A stretch of 59,929 bases of DNA from positions 1-59,929 of the IMG/VR virus record IMGVR_UViG_3300031839_001436. One strand, given 5' to 3'. The notes beneath the pieces were generated by a model that saw only the letters and a list, made by a program, of their open reading frames with translations, was not told where the DNA came from and searched no databases. Below, in pieces: positions 51,933 to 59,929 of the stretch; positions within the stretch are counted from its first letter, which is position 1; each line of letters opens with the position of its first letter. The DNA is from a virus (taxonomy: Duplodnaviria; Caudoviricetes). A program made the translations under genes and the position numbers.

Positions 51933-54449
51933 CTATGCCGTCTGATTCACTGCTTTGTTGATACCCTGATACAATTGACGTTCTAAGTCCGTCGCAAACT
52001 CTTGCAATGCGCGGCTTACTTCATTTCCAGTGGCAATATCCCCAACGGTTAAATTAGGCGCAAATTGCAAGTTCACAATCGGGCTGCCGCCACTACGACT
52101 GCCCGTTAAGCCATAGTCACGTAATGCGGCGGGTAAGCCACGTGATTTATTGAATGGGATAATTGCTTCGGGTTTTCCACCTTCACCAACCATAGCCAGC
52201 GTCGGTCTATCGGCTATACCGCCATCTGCGAATGCAGTTCTAACGGGTGTACGGGTCTTATTTGATGCAACCGTCTGTGATTGTATACTGCGAAATATCG
52301 ACCCATTGCGCTCATATGATTTGCTACCCAGCGCACTACTGCCGCTATAGCTGCTACGTCCGCTACTGCCACCGCTTGCGCTTGCGGATATGCGACGTGC
52401 AACGGCTTCCAATTGTCCGACGGCGCTTGTCACTTGTCGAATCGCATTTAGTTCAGCTTGTGCTTTTTGGTCAATCGCTTGTAGCTGTCGCTGTAGGGCT
52501 TGCTGATTGCGCTGGTCTGCAATCGCGTCGTCTTGCGCTCGCCGTTGCAGGTCACGTTGTCGTTCTTGCGCTCGTAATGCTTGTTCCTGTTGGAATGCGT
52601 TACGGGCTTCGTTTAGCCGTTCTTGCGTCTGTTGTCGGCTTAATGCTAGCTCTTGCTGTAGTTCTGCACGTCGCTCGTTAAACGCCTCTTGACGTAATCG
52701 ACGCTGTTCTTGATATTCTTCATTGAGTTCTTTGAATTCTTGCGACCGGGTAGACTGCTTTTCGGCTTGCTCCTGTTGAAAGGAACGCTGCGATTGAAGA
52801 AAAGCGATAACATCATTGGATTGTTCAGCGTCTCGCAAGCTGGCTAGGTGGTCGTCTAGTTGCTGTTTATCTTCGCGCTGGTACTGTTCGCTTAACTTGC
52901 GTAGGTCTTTCTGATAGGTCTTTTGCGCGTCGATTTCATCTTTATAGAAGTCCGATTCAAGACCACTGATGGAATTGCGAATATTGGCAATGTCTTTATT
53001 GCCATCCTTCACAATATTCGCTACTTCGCGGTTGTGTTCCTGTTGCGCCTGTGCAACTTCCGTGTTGTAATCCTCTAATTCACGGATATCTCGGATTTGC
53101 CTATCTTGCGTGATTTCGGATTGCTTTAGCGCAAAATCTTCGAGTGCTTTGTTCGCAGCATCTTCAAGGGATGTTAGGCGTGATAGCGTGGATTCGCGTT
53201 GCTTGTCAATCTGTTCGCGCTTTTTAGATTGCTCAATTAGCTTTTCTTTGGCTTCTTCTTCATCAGCTAATTGTTGCGTGTAGGGTATTGCTGTGTTACG
53301 AAGGAATGCAAGCTGTTCGTCGTTGGCAACTAACTGTTCATATAGTTCTGCCATCCGTTCTTTGACCGACTCGGATGAATCGCCCGACAATCGCAATGTG
53401 TTAATTTGTTCTGCGATAATGTCGTTTTGCTTTAGTAGCTCCTGATTTAATGCAACATTTTGTTCTACCGATTGCGATGTAACTTGATTCTCAAATTTAC
53501 GACGCTCCCCGATTGCGTCAACATCGGCAAGTAATGTTTTTGTTAAATCGTTTTGTTTGACCTTAGCGGATTCTAAAGCATCGTCATAATTCTTTACCGC
53601 TAGCTCATTCTCAAGTACGGTCTTTTCGAGTTCTTGAATGGTCGTGTCAAGCTGTTTGACCTCGCCACCTGTGATACCTGCGCTAATACCAGCCTGAACA
53701 ACACCTTGAAAGAATCCGGTCATTGCGCCGATTTCTTGATTGATTTGTTCACGTTGATCTTTGCGTGTTTGGAGTTCTTGCTTAGCGGCTTCTAATTGTT
53801 CTTTTGCGGATTCACGCGCTACACTAATCGATTCGCTAGTACCTGATTGAACAATTTCAAAGTATTCTTTTTGGCTGTCGATTACTACTTTTGCTAATTC
53901 TGCGCGACGTTGTGCCTCTGTAGATGCGGCTGCAAGTGCAACTGTTAAAACACCTAGCGCACCGACAAGCCCTACACCGCTTGCCCCAATGCTACTACCC
54001 AAGTTTTTAACTGATTCAACCGCACTAGGAACAGCCCCGCGTAATTGAACTGCCGCCTCTCCAAGCTCAAATAGACCTGCTGCGCCTTCTAAAACACCTA
54101 AGTCAGTACCCGTTAGCGCACCCGCGCCACCTCGAATAGCTGACAGCGCACTATCTACGTCACCTATAGACCCAACATCACGGCGTAACTCAGAATTTTG
54201 TTTTTCAAGGATTTCTAAGCGTGTTTGTTCAGCTTTGATTTGCTTATTGGTCTCATCACGATTGTCTTTTCGTGCTTTGACCTGACTCAATAAAGCCTTA
54301 CGCGCATCCTGATTAATAGAAACGATTTCGTTTCCGGCTTTGATTTGCTGCCTATTCAGTTGTTGTTGTTGTGTCGCTAGTTTCGTAAATGACGACTTAT
54401 CAATTTTCGCCACATACTCGATAAACTTTTGAATTTTGTCTGCCAACAA
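51933..54449 (-). CDS. Tape measure protein
   Basis: 838 aa, Q/E/A-rich helical; C-terminal FADGGI..RPTLAMVGEGG.PEAIIP motif. Confidence 0.9.
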   Translation of the reverse strand: MLADKIQKFIEYVAKIDKSSFTKLATQQQQLNRQQIKAGNEIVSINQDARKALLSQVKARKDNRDETNKQIKAEQTRLEILEKQNSELRRDVGSIGDVDSALSAIRGGAGALTGTDLGVLEGAAGLFELGEAAVQLRGAVPSAVESVKNLGSSIGASGVGLVGALGVLTVALAAASTEAQRRAELAKVVIDSQKEYFEIVQSGTSESISVARESAKEQLEAAKQELQTRKDQREQINQEIGAMTGFFQGVVQAGISAGITGGEVKQLDTTIQELEKTVLENELAVKNYDDALESAKVKQNDLTKTLLADVDAIGERRKFENQVTSQSVEQNVALNQELLKQNDIIAEQINTLRLSGDSSESVKERMAELYEQLVANDEQLAFLRNTAIPYTQQLADEEEAKEKLIEQSKKREQIDKQRESTLSRLTSLEDAANKALEDFALKQSEITQDRQIRDIRELEDYNTEVAQAQQEHNREVANIVKDGNKDIANIRNSISGLESDFYKDEIDAQKTYQKDLRKLSEQYQREDKQQLDDHLASLRDAEQSNDVIAFLQSQRSFQQEQAEKQSTRSQEFKELNEEYQEQRRLRQEAFNERRAELQQELALSRQQTQERLNEARNAFQQEQALRAQERQRDLQRRAQDDAIADQRNQQALQRQLQAIDQKAQAELNAIRQVTSAVGQLEAVARRISASASGGSSGRSSYSGSSALGSKSYERNGSIFRSIQSQTVASNKTRTPVRTAFADGGIADRPTLAMVGEGGKPEAIIPFNKSRGLPAALRDYGLTGSRSGGSPIVNLQFAPNLTVGDIATGNEVSRALQEFATDLERQLYQGINKAVNQTA

Positions 54450-54459
54450 ATTCCCTATG

Positions 54460-54565
54460 AACGCAAAAACCCCACCAGTTGGTAGGGTTTCGCGGTTTTG
54501 TTTGATTGCCTACATCACTGTAGGAACATATACATTAATTATAGCACAGTTGTTCGCTATGTCAA
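54460..54565 (-). promoter_or_regulatory. Late promoter (16-bp spacer) with a leader terminator before the TMP
   Basis: TTGACA (54565-54560)-N16-TATAAT (54543-54538); hairpin 54467-54490 followed by TTTTTGCGTT. Confidence 0.7.
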
Positions 54566-54567
54566 AC

Positions 54568-54825
54568 TTAAAAGCCGTTTTGCGCTCTCAGAAATAACAC
54601 AAGTCCAATCAGTATCACAACTGCTATTAGTAGCGCAATCGTCCGGTTGTTTTTCCATGACGTTACGCTATTGGCTTTTTTCGATTCAATAAGCTGTTGT
54701 ACTTGCATATAGAGGGTCATTGCAGAATCATCACTGTGCATCATTGTTTCAAGTAGTGCTGATGCTTTGCTGTACTCTTTTTTCTGGATATACATCCGCG
54801 CTGTTTGCATTTTCTTCTTTTGCAT
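54568..54825 (-). CDS. Small protein with a TPR-like helix pair and a C-terminal TM anchor
   Basis: ARMYIQKKEYSKA..LL...A; hydrophobic C-terminus; start reassigned. Confidence 0.6.
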   Translation of the reverse strand: MQKKKMQTARMYIQKKEYSKASALLETMMHSDDSAMTLYMQVQQLIESKKANSVTSWKNNRTIALLIAVVILIGLVLFLRAQNGF

Positions 54826-54886
54826 TATAACACCTGTAACTATTTTGTTTTCAATAGCATACAGTATGAAGCGTTTACACGCAAAA

Positions 54887-55084
54887 TTAATCGTCGTTGG
54901 TGTATCGATTGCCACCGCGATCAACGTCAAAAGATAAATCAAATCCGTTTTCTAGCGCGTTCTGCATAATCAAAGAACGGATGTAGTCAGATGTTATTGT
55001 GTATCCTTGATTACGAGCTAAGCGTTTAATCGAATCACGCTCTTGTTCTGTAACATTGATAACTACTTGAACCTTTTTAGTCAT
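54887..55084 (-). CDS. Ribbon-helix-helix-like DNA-binding protein
   Basis: VQVVINVTEQERDSIKRLARNQG.T.TSDYIRSLI; start reassigned to MTKK (AGGTG RBS). Confidence 0.7.
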   Translation of the reverse strand: MTKKVQVVINVTEQERDSIKRLARNQGYTITSDYIRSLIMQNALENGFDLSFDVDRGGNRYTNDD

Positions 55085-55205
55085 CTTGACACACCTGTGC
55101 ATAACTGATAAAATACATTTATCGCAATAAAGCGAAAACCCCGATAGGAGTCGGGGAATCCGTATGTGCATAAAGCACATGAATCTGTATAAGGAGTTTA
55201 TCATA

Positions 55206-55559
55206 ATGTCTTACGTAACTCAACTACCACAAGGATACAGCAAAAAAGCTTTACAATCAAGCTTATACGCTTTAAAATCTTGTAAAGATTATCTTGTCCG
55301 TGTACACCCGCAATTATCGTTTCTGTTCTCAGAATCGGATGAGGTCGAATGGAGCAAGCAACAAATCCAGTGGACTATCTCTAATGATGTAGCTGCGATT
55401 ATCCACACACCTACGAAAACAAAACTAGAGTTTTTTGATAGCGCACCCGATGAAATATGCGGTGTTCCGTCTCATAATGGGTTGCTCTTTGCAACCATGC
55501 GCCAAATGGAAACATCACGTATAACCGCAATATACTTGGTGTTGATTAGCAATCGATAG
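55206..55559 (+). CDS. Hypothetical protein
   Basis: AAGGAG RBS; divergent from the RHH gene. Confidence 0.6.
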   Translation: MSYVTQLPQGYSKKALQSSLYALKSCKDYLVRVHPQLSFLFSESDEVEWSKQQIQWTISNDVAAIIHTPTKTKLEFFDSAPDEICGVPSHNGLLFATMRQMETSRITAIYLVLISNR

Positions 55560-55646
55560 AGCTTTAGAAAAAGGTTCGGGTATGGGAAACCATGCCCTTT
55601 TTTTATGATCTTACAACTAATCGAAAACGATAAGGAATAAAGCATA

Positions 55647-56540
55647 ATGGATAATAACGATAACATGAAACGGTGTTCACGTGGCGACAATTGCATACAC
55701 CCTATGGGATGTTGGCAGCCTATGAATACAGATCACTTTCATGTATCACGTAAAGAGAAAAGCGGGTTCAAAAACGCCTGTAAAGCATGTCGTAACAATG
55801 ATTACCATAAAAACGCACCGGATACACCCAAGCGCAAAAAGCATAGGGAGTCACGGGTTCTGCGGCAAAAAGGACTAAAAAGATGCCCTAAATGCGATAC
55901 TGTAAAACCACTTGATAATGATTATTTTGCTGTAGCAAATAACCGTTCTGATGGGTTTCAGGCACTTTGTAAACAGTGTGAGTCAGATTATAGGATGTTG
56001 CCACAAGTTAAATCTCGCATACGAAAGTACAATAGACTTTATTCTAAAACAGAAAAGTACAAATTGTATCAACGTATATATCGAAATCGCCCTGATAGGA
56101 AAAGGCACAGAAGGGAGTACCATTGCAAACGTGCCCGTAATTTACATGTGAAAAATGTAAAACGACGGGCTTTAGCAAAATATCGTGCAAGGAAAAACAA
56201 TCTTCCAGACACATTTACCAAAGAGCAAGAACAGGACATGTTTAACTACTTTGGGGATACATGCCCCGCTTGTGGCGTTAAGTACGATATGTTTATAGTC
56301 CCTGAATTAGACCATTGGATACCGCTTAACAATAAGAGGTGTCCGGGTACAGTAGTCGAAAACATGGTTCCGTTATGCGGGAATCAGCATGGGTTAACGG
56401 GGCATTTGGGATGCAATCAATCCAAATCAGATTTAGATGCATATACATGGTTGGTACGGCGTTTTGGTAAAGACCATGCAAACAAAGTGATTAACAGAAT
56501 CAATGATTACTTTAGATGGGTATCTAACCAGAATCACTAA
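55647..56540 (+). CDS. HNH endonuclease with N-terminal Zn-finger repeats
   Basis: KRC..C...F...CKAC twice; CPACG...LDHWIPL...N.VPLC...CNQSK. Confidence 0.88.
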   Translation: MDNNDNMKRCSRGDNCIHPMGCWQPMNTDHFHVSRKEKSGFKNACKACRNNDYHKNAPDTPKRKKHRESRVLRQKGLKRCPKCDTVKPLDNDYFAVANNRSDGFQALCKQCESDYRMLPQVKSRIRKYNRLYSKTEKYKLYQRIYRNRPDRKRHRREYHCKRARNLHVKNVKRRALAKYRARKNNLPDTFTKEQEQDMFNYFGDTCPACGVKYDMFIVPELDHWIPLNNKRCPGTVVENMVPLCGNQHGLTGHLGCNQSKSDLDAYTWLVRRFGKDHANKVINRINDYFRWVSNQNH

Positions 56541-57261
56541 TCAAGCCCACCCATTTTTTCGATTTGAAAGCTTATAAGTGTCCCTATGTCACGAATGAAT
56601 TTATCCCATCTAGGGTCACGCATAAGCATTTCTTCCTCTGTAGCGGGTAATGGGGAGTTTGATATATACCAATTCAAGTAAGTCTCAATTCCCATATCAA
56701 TATTCCGCTTGTCAAGCCCCCAATTATCAGGCTCTTTTGTTGTAACAGTTGGAATACCTTTACGGTAGTTGATGATTGCTCGTGCAGCCTGTTTTATTTT
56801 TGGTCTAACGCTGGCTCTGTAATCCCGTCGTTTTTTTTAACATCTACGTCGTTTAATATTTCATCTGAGAGATTATCGGGATCACCTAATATGGGGTCAT
56901 TTAGTGTGGGGTCGCTTCTTTCATATCGATTCAAAGCATCATTCCACGCATCATTAATATCTTTCCCGCAATTGGATAGATAAGCAACTACCAAATGGTC
57001 ATAATCTGTTCGCCCTTGTGCATATTCCCAGAACTTTATCCAGTCCTTTGCTGATTCGCTTGGGGTATCAGTGCATAATTCTATCTTTTCAGTACGTGCC
57101 ATAAACACACACCAATTAGTAGAAAATACCATTTGATATTCATTGTCAAATTCGCTAGGCTTCACAGTGTCTAGTAATGTTGATTCTGTGATTAAAACCA
57201 TCATAGTTGTTTTTTTGAATGTGATTGCAACTTGGTCACCAAGTGTTTTAATTGGGTTCAT
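56537..57261 (-). CDS. Tail assembly chaperone, long form via a -1 frameshift at 56836-56830
   Basis: A-AAA-AAC slippery site; the -1 frame stays open about 97 codons to TAG 56539-56537. Confidence 0.8.
56794..57261 (-). CDS. Tail assembly chaperone, short form
   Basis: Downstream of the major tail gene; DVKKN slippery context. Confidence 0.8.
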   Translation of the reverse strand: MNPIKTLGDQVAITFKKTTMMVLITESTLLDTVKPSEFDNEYQMVFSTNWCVFMARTEKIELCTDTPSESAKDWIKFWEYAQGRTDYDHLVVAYLSNCGKDINDAWNDALNRYERSDPTLNDPILGDPDNLSDEILNDVDVKKNDGITEPALDQK

Positions 57262-57312
57262 ATATCCTCTTATGTAATAGGTAGGGCGGCTTAACCGCCC
57301 TCGCCATCGCCA

Positions 57313-57576
57313 TTACTTGTCATCAGGTAACGGTGGCAATATTTTTGTTTTGGATTTGCTGCTTAATTTCGAGACATAATCCCGAAACGGTTTTAGTTCG
57401 TCTTCTGTTGGTCGATATGTGTTGTTTGGCAAACAAACAAAATACGGGCGCAACCCCTTGCTAACACGCAACATGTTGCTGTTGGCTTTTTGACCATTGA
57501 TTGTTAGCTGTGGTAAAACAGCCTTCCCATGTTCGTTTCGTTTCCCTAAACGCTCTAATAGTTGTTTTTCGTCCAT
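57313..57576 (-). CDS. Hypothetical protein
   Basis: GAGGTG RBS; followed by hairpin AGGGCGG/CCGCCCT at 57283-57301. Confidence 0.65.
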   Translation of the reverse strand: MDEKQLLERLGKRNEHGKAVLPQLTINGQKANSNMLRVSKGLRPYFVCLPNNTYRPTEDELKPFRDYVSKLSSKSKTKILPPLPDDK

Positions 57577-57585
57577 GTTTCACCT

Positions 57586-58479
57586 CTAAGCTACGGGTCT
57601 GATTGGAACGGCAAGCTGATAGAATGCACAGTGATTATCACCGTCGCTACCTGCGGCTGCTACCGTCACAACACCTGTACTTGTGCCTGCAAACGTTGTA
57701 GGCGCGGTTACAGTCCCATTGATGCTAAATACATTGTCGGTATTTCCGCTTGTAACGGTTGTTGAAGCCCCTAAAAATTCGACTTCAAATGTAGTTTCGC
57801 TACCATCTGCAATCCATGTGGTTAAACCATAAGGATATTGCGCCTGTAACATGTAGTGATCTGTTTTATTCCCTGCAAAACCTTCGTTGCTACCAAAGGC
57901 AGTCCCCCAGGGGTGTTTGCTTGCTAGTGTAGGGGATACACTCATTGTCACCGCTTGCGGGTTTTCGCCCGATGTAACATTACCGCCTGCTTCACGAATA
58001 AATGCTTGCGCTCGTGGGAAAACATAAGTGCGATACTCTGTATCACCGTCTGTTCCGTCGTCTCCACTTTGTGATGCAACGGTAAACATTAACCCTATAT
58101 CATTTGGCGATGTAGCATTGTTGTTTGGGCTAGTAATTTGTGCTCCGCTAATTGTGGTCGTATCGATATTGCCACCTTTAAGCATTGCATAAAGGTTCGC
58201 ATCGGCACTTGTCAATTGGATTTCAAACTCCCCAATTGGGTCAATGCCCATGTAAGCAGACCCTAAAAACCTTGCCCCACCAAACGTCGCGCGTCGATAC
58301 TGAACATCGGGCAAAGCTGCACTAATAGGATCGCCAATAAAAGCAAGAGCGTTGCTTATTGTGTCTCCTGTTTCGGTAGCCAACGGGTCAAGTTGACCAT
58401 AGTTAATCCCAGTTGCCGATACTCGCCACACGAATAAGGACAATAGGTTGTAATTGCGTACTCTACTGCTTCCTGCCAT
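57586..58479 (-). CDS. Major tail (tube) protein
   Basis: Synteny (terminator protein, tube, chaperone), size, and a YVFPRA motif. Confidence 0.75.
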   Translation of the reverse strand: MAGSSRVRNYNLLSLFVWRVSATGINYGQLDPLATETGDTISNALAFIGDPISAALPDVQYRRATFGGARFLGSAYMGIDPIGEFEIQLTSADANLYAMLKGGNIDTTTISGAQITSPNNNATSPNDIGLMFTVASQSGDDGTDGDTEYRTYVFPRAQAFIREAGGNVTSGENPQAVTMSVSPTLASKHPWGTAFGSNEGFAGNKTDHYMLQAQYPYGLTTWIADGSETTFEVEFLGASTTVTSGNTDNVFSINGTVTAPTTFAGTSTGVVTVAAAGSDGDNHCAFYQLAVPIRPVA

Positions 58480-58480
58480 G

Positions 58481-58957
58481 TTATACTTTCCTTGAATATG
58501 TTACTTGTAATGTCCATTGCTTGTGTACAAACGGCATACCCCCGCTTGGGTATGGGCGCGGCGCAACCCCTGTTACGCTGGTAAGCTTTGCAGAACGAAT
58601 ACCTTTAAGCCCATTGTCGTTGTAGTGGAGTAGGTTTTGTAATTGGAATGTATCTTCTATTGCTGTTGTAACCGCATCTACTCCGTTTGCATTGATGTTG
58701 ACTGTAGAATTAGCAGTCCATTCCTGCATATATAGCGCAATCGTGATACTTAGTGTCGGATTGACAAACCGTTCGCCTAAGTTTCCAGTTTGATATGTTC
58801 CGTTACCCTCTATAATCACAATCGCAGGTACGTTACCGCGTTGCAATGCCATTGGTGCAACATCGAATATATACGGCACATTCGCGCTTACATCTGCATT
58901 GTTTTCTAGTATGTCTTTGATGCGTGTTCGTATATCGGCTGTGGTAACTTGCGCCAT
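58481..58957 (-). CDS. Tail terminator-like protein
   Basis: IRTRIKDIL...PAIVI...TLQVTY; precedes the tube gene. Confidence 0.7.
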   Translation of the reverse strand: MAQVTTADIRTRIKDILENNADVSANVPYIFDVAPMALQRGNVPAIVIIEGNGTYQTGNLGERFVNPTLSITIALYMQEWTANSTVNINANGVDAVTTAIEDTFQLQNLLHYNDNGLKGIRSAKLTSVTGVAPRPYPSGGMPFVHKQWTLQVTYSRKV

Positions 58958-59832
58958 TAGTGCATACTCATAGCAATTGGTTTGATATACGGGCGTATCG
59001 ATTGTTGTACGATTTGCGGATACCGGATACTCGCAACCGTGCCGTCTTGAAATTGCAACGATTGGAACTCATTCTGTCGGCTCGAATACAACCATGCGGC
59101 TAGGCGTGTCGCTGCCAACTGGATTGTTTCGTCAACTAGCCAAATATCAACAGTATCTGTATTTGAATGTGTAGCAACGGCGGTACTCCCATTAACCCCA
59201 CGCTTAACCGTTAGGGTAGCTGCACCTGCTTTATCAACCACTTGCATGAACTCATCATTGATACGGATATAGCTTAGGATTTCGATGTTGATATTGTTCG
59301 TTACCGTGATTGTGGTTGCGCTTGCATCATCAATATCGGCATTAATCGTAGTAGTAGCTTGCCATGAATCGCTGTAGGGTCTATTGGAATAACCAAATAT
59401 GCCGTTAACCGTCCATGCAGGATCAAAGCCACTTGTATGTGAGATGCTAAACCCTGACAAGCTAGATAACTCGAAATAGCCGTAAGGATACCCGTTTAGA
59501 TTGTTGTAGATGTCTTTTAGCCGATAGTCCGTATTCGCTGTGAGCGTGGTATCTGATGAGTCTTTGATGCTCGTAACAGATAAGGTATCATCCGGTAACG
59601 GTTGCACCCGATAAGGCGATACATTGTATTCCACCTGTTCGGTTGCGCTGATATACGGGACAAACGTGCGACCCGTCCAATTTGTAATCAATCGGCTTGC
59701 GTCACGTATGTAATCCAAGATAACCGACTGGTCACTTATCATATCGATGCTACCGCCTGCTATCGGTTGGGGCTGTAGTTGCTTATTCACTTGTTCGTAT
59801 GTTGTGAAGTCTGATGGGTAGCTGTTATACAA
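58957..59832 (-). CDS. Head-tail adaptor (gp6/gp15-like) with an inserted beta domain
   Basis: IRDASRLITNWTGRTF...GIFGY...IQLAATRLAAWLY...IRPY; insert IRINDEFM...LTVKRGVNGSTA. Confidence 0.8.
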   Translation of the reverse strand: MYNSYPSDFTTYEQVNKQLQPQPIAGGSIDMISDQSVILDYIRDASRLITNWTGRTFVPYISATEQVEYNVSPYRVQPLPDDTLSVTSIKDSSDTTLTANTDYRLKDIYNNLNGYPYGYFELSSLSGFSISHTSGFDPAWTVNGIFGYSNRPYSDSWQATTTINADIDDASATTITVTNNINIEILSYIRINDEFMQVVDKAGAATLTVKRGVNGSTAVATHSNTDTVDIWLVDETIQLAATRLAAWLYSSRQNEFQSLQFQDGTVASIRYPQIVQQSIRPYIKPIAMSMH

Positions 59833-59838
59833 GTCGTT

Positions 59839-59929
59839 TCACAATTGAGTTCATAAATACTTCTATGTCAGATAGGATGGGATGGTATTGAATCCATCCG
59901 GTGTTAGCGTGTCCTTTGACCTGCTTAAG
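59839..59929. repeat. Terminal direct repeat, copy 2
   Basis: Identical to 1-91. Confidence 0.97.

Noticed and set aside
54543-54556. LexA/SOS box-like GCAC-N4-GTTC (weaker matches near 19266 and 37654)
   Set aside because: One or two mismatches to GAAC-N4-GTTC, unknown host, and the repressor lacks a peptidase S24 domain; too weak to call.

Overview
The window is a complete, circularly assembled temperate siphovirus-like phage genome of about 59.84 kb: bases 1-91 repeat exactly at 59839-59929, and a neck-type ORF reads through that junction. Virion genes (TerS/TerL, portal-MuF fusion, protease-major capsid fusion, neck, major tail, tail chaperone with a -1 frameshift, tape measure, tail tip) lie on the minus strand. 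They are split by several plus-strand islands that carry their own sigma70-like promoters. The early and replication arm encodes an XRE repressor, a large serine integrase with an adjacent attP-like palindrome, SSB, ERF, a VRR-NUC-like nuclease, a PAPS-reductase-like protein, an O-like initiator with iterons, a primase-helicase, a SNF2-methyltransferase fusion, a DEDDh exonuclease and a ParM/ParR-like pair. The most unusual content is non-coding RNA. At 40663-40813 are two tandem RNAs with alanine identity (G3:U70, A73) that appear unable to decode: a 66-nt tmRNA tRNA-like domain lacking any mRNA-like domain, and a tRNA-Ala whose UGC anticodon is split by an 11-nt insert. A second RNA operon at 48989-49410 has two Ser tRNAs, an aberrant tRNA-like RNA and a structured leader. 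An ATCG-W4-CGAT operator recurs genome-wide, and late genes share a promoter-leader-terminator layout. No endolysin was recognised. All protein calls come from reading motifs by eye; no database search was run.
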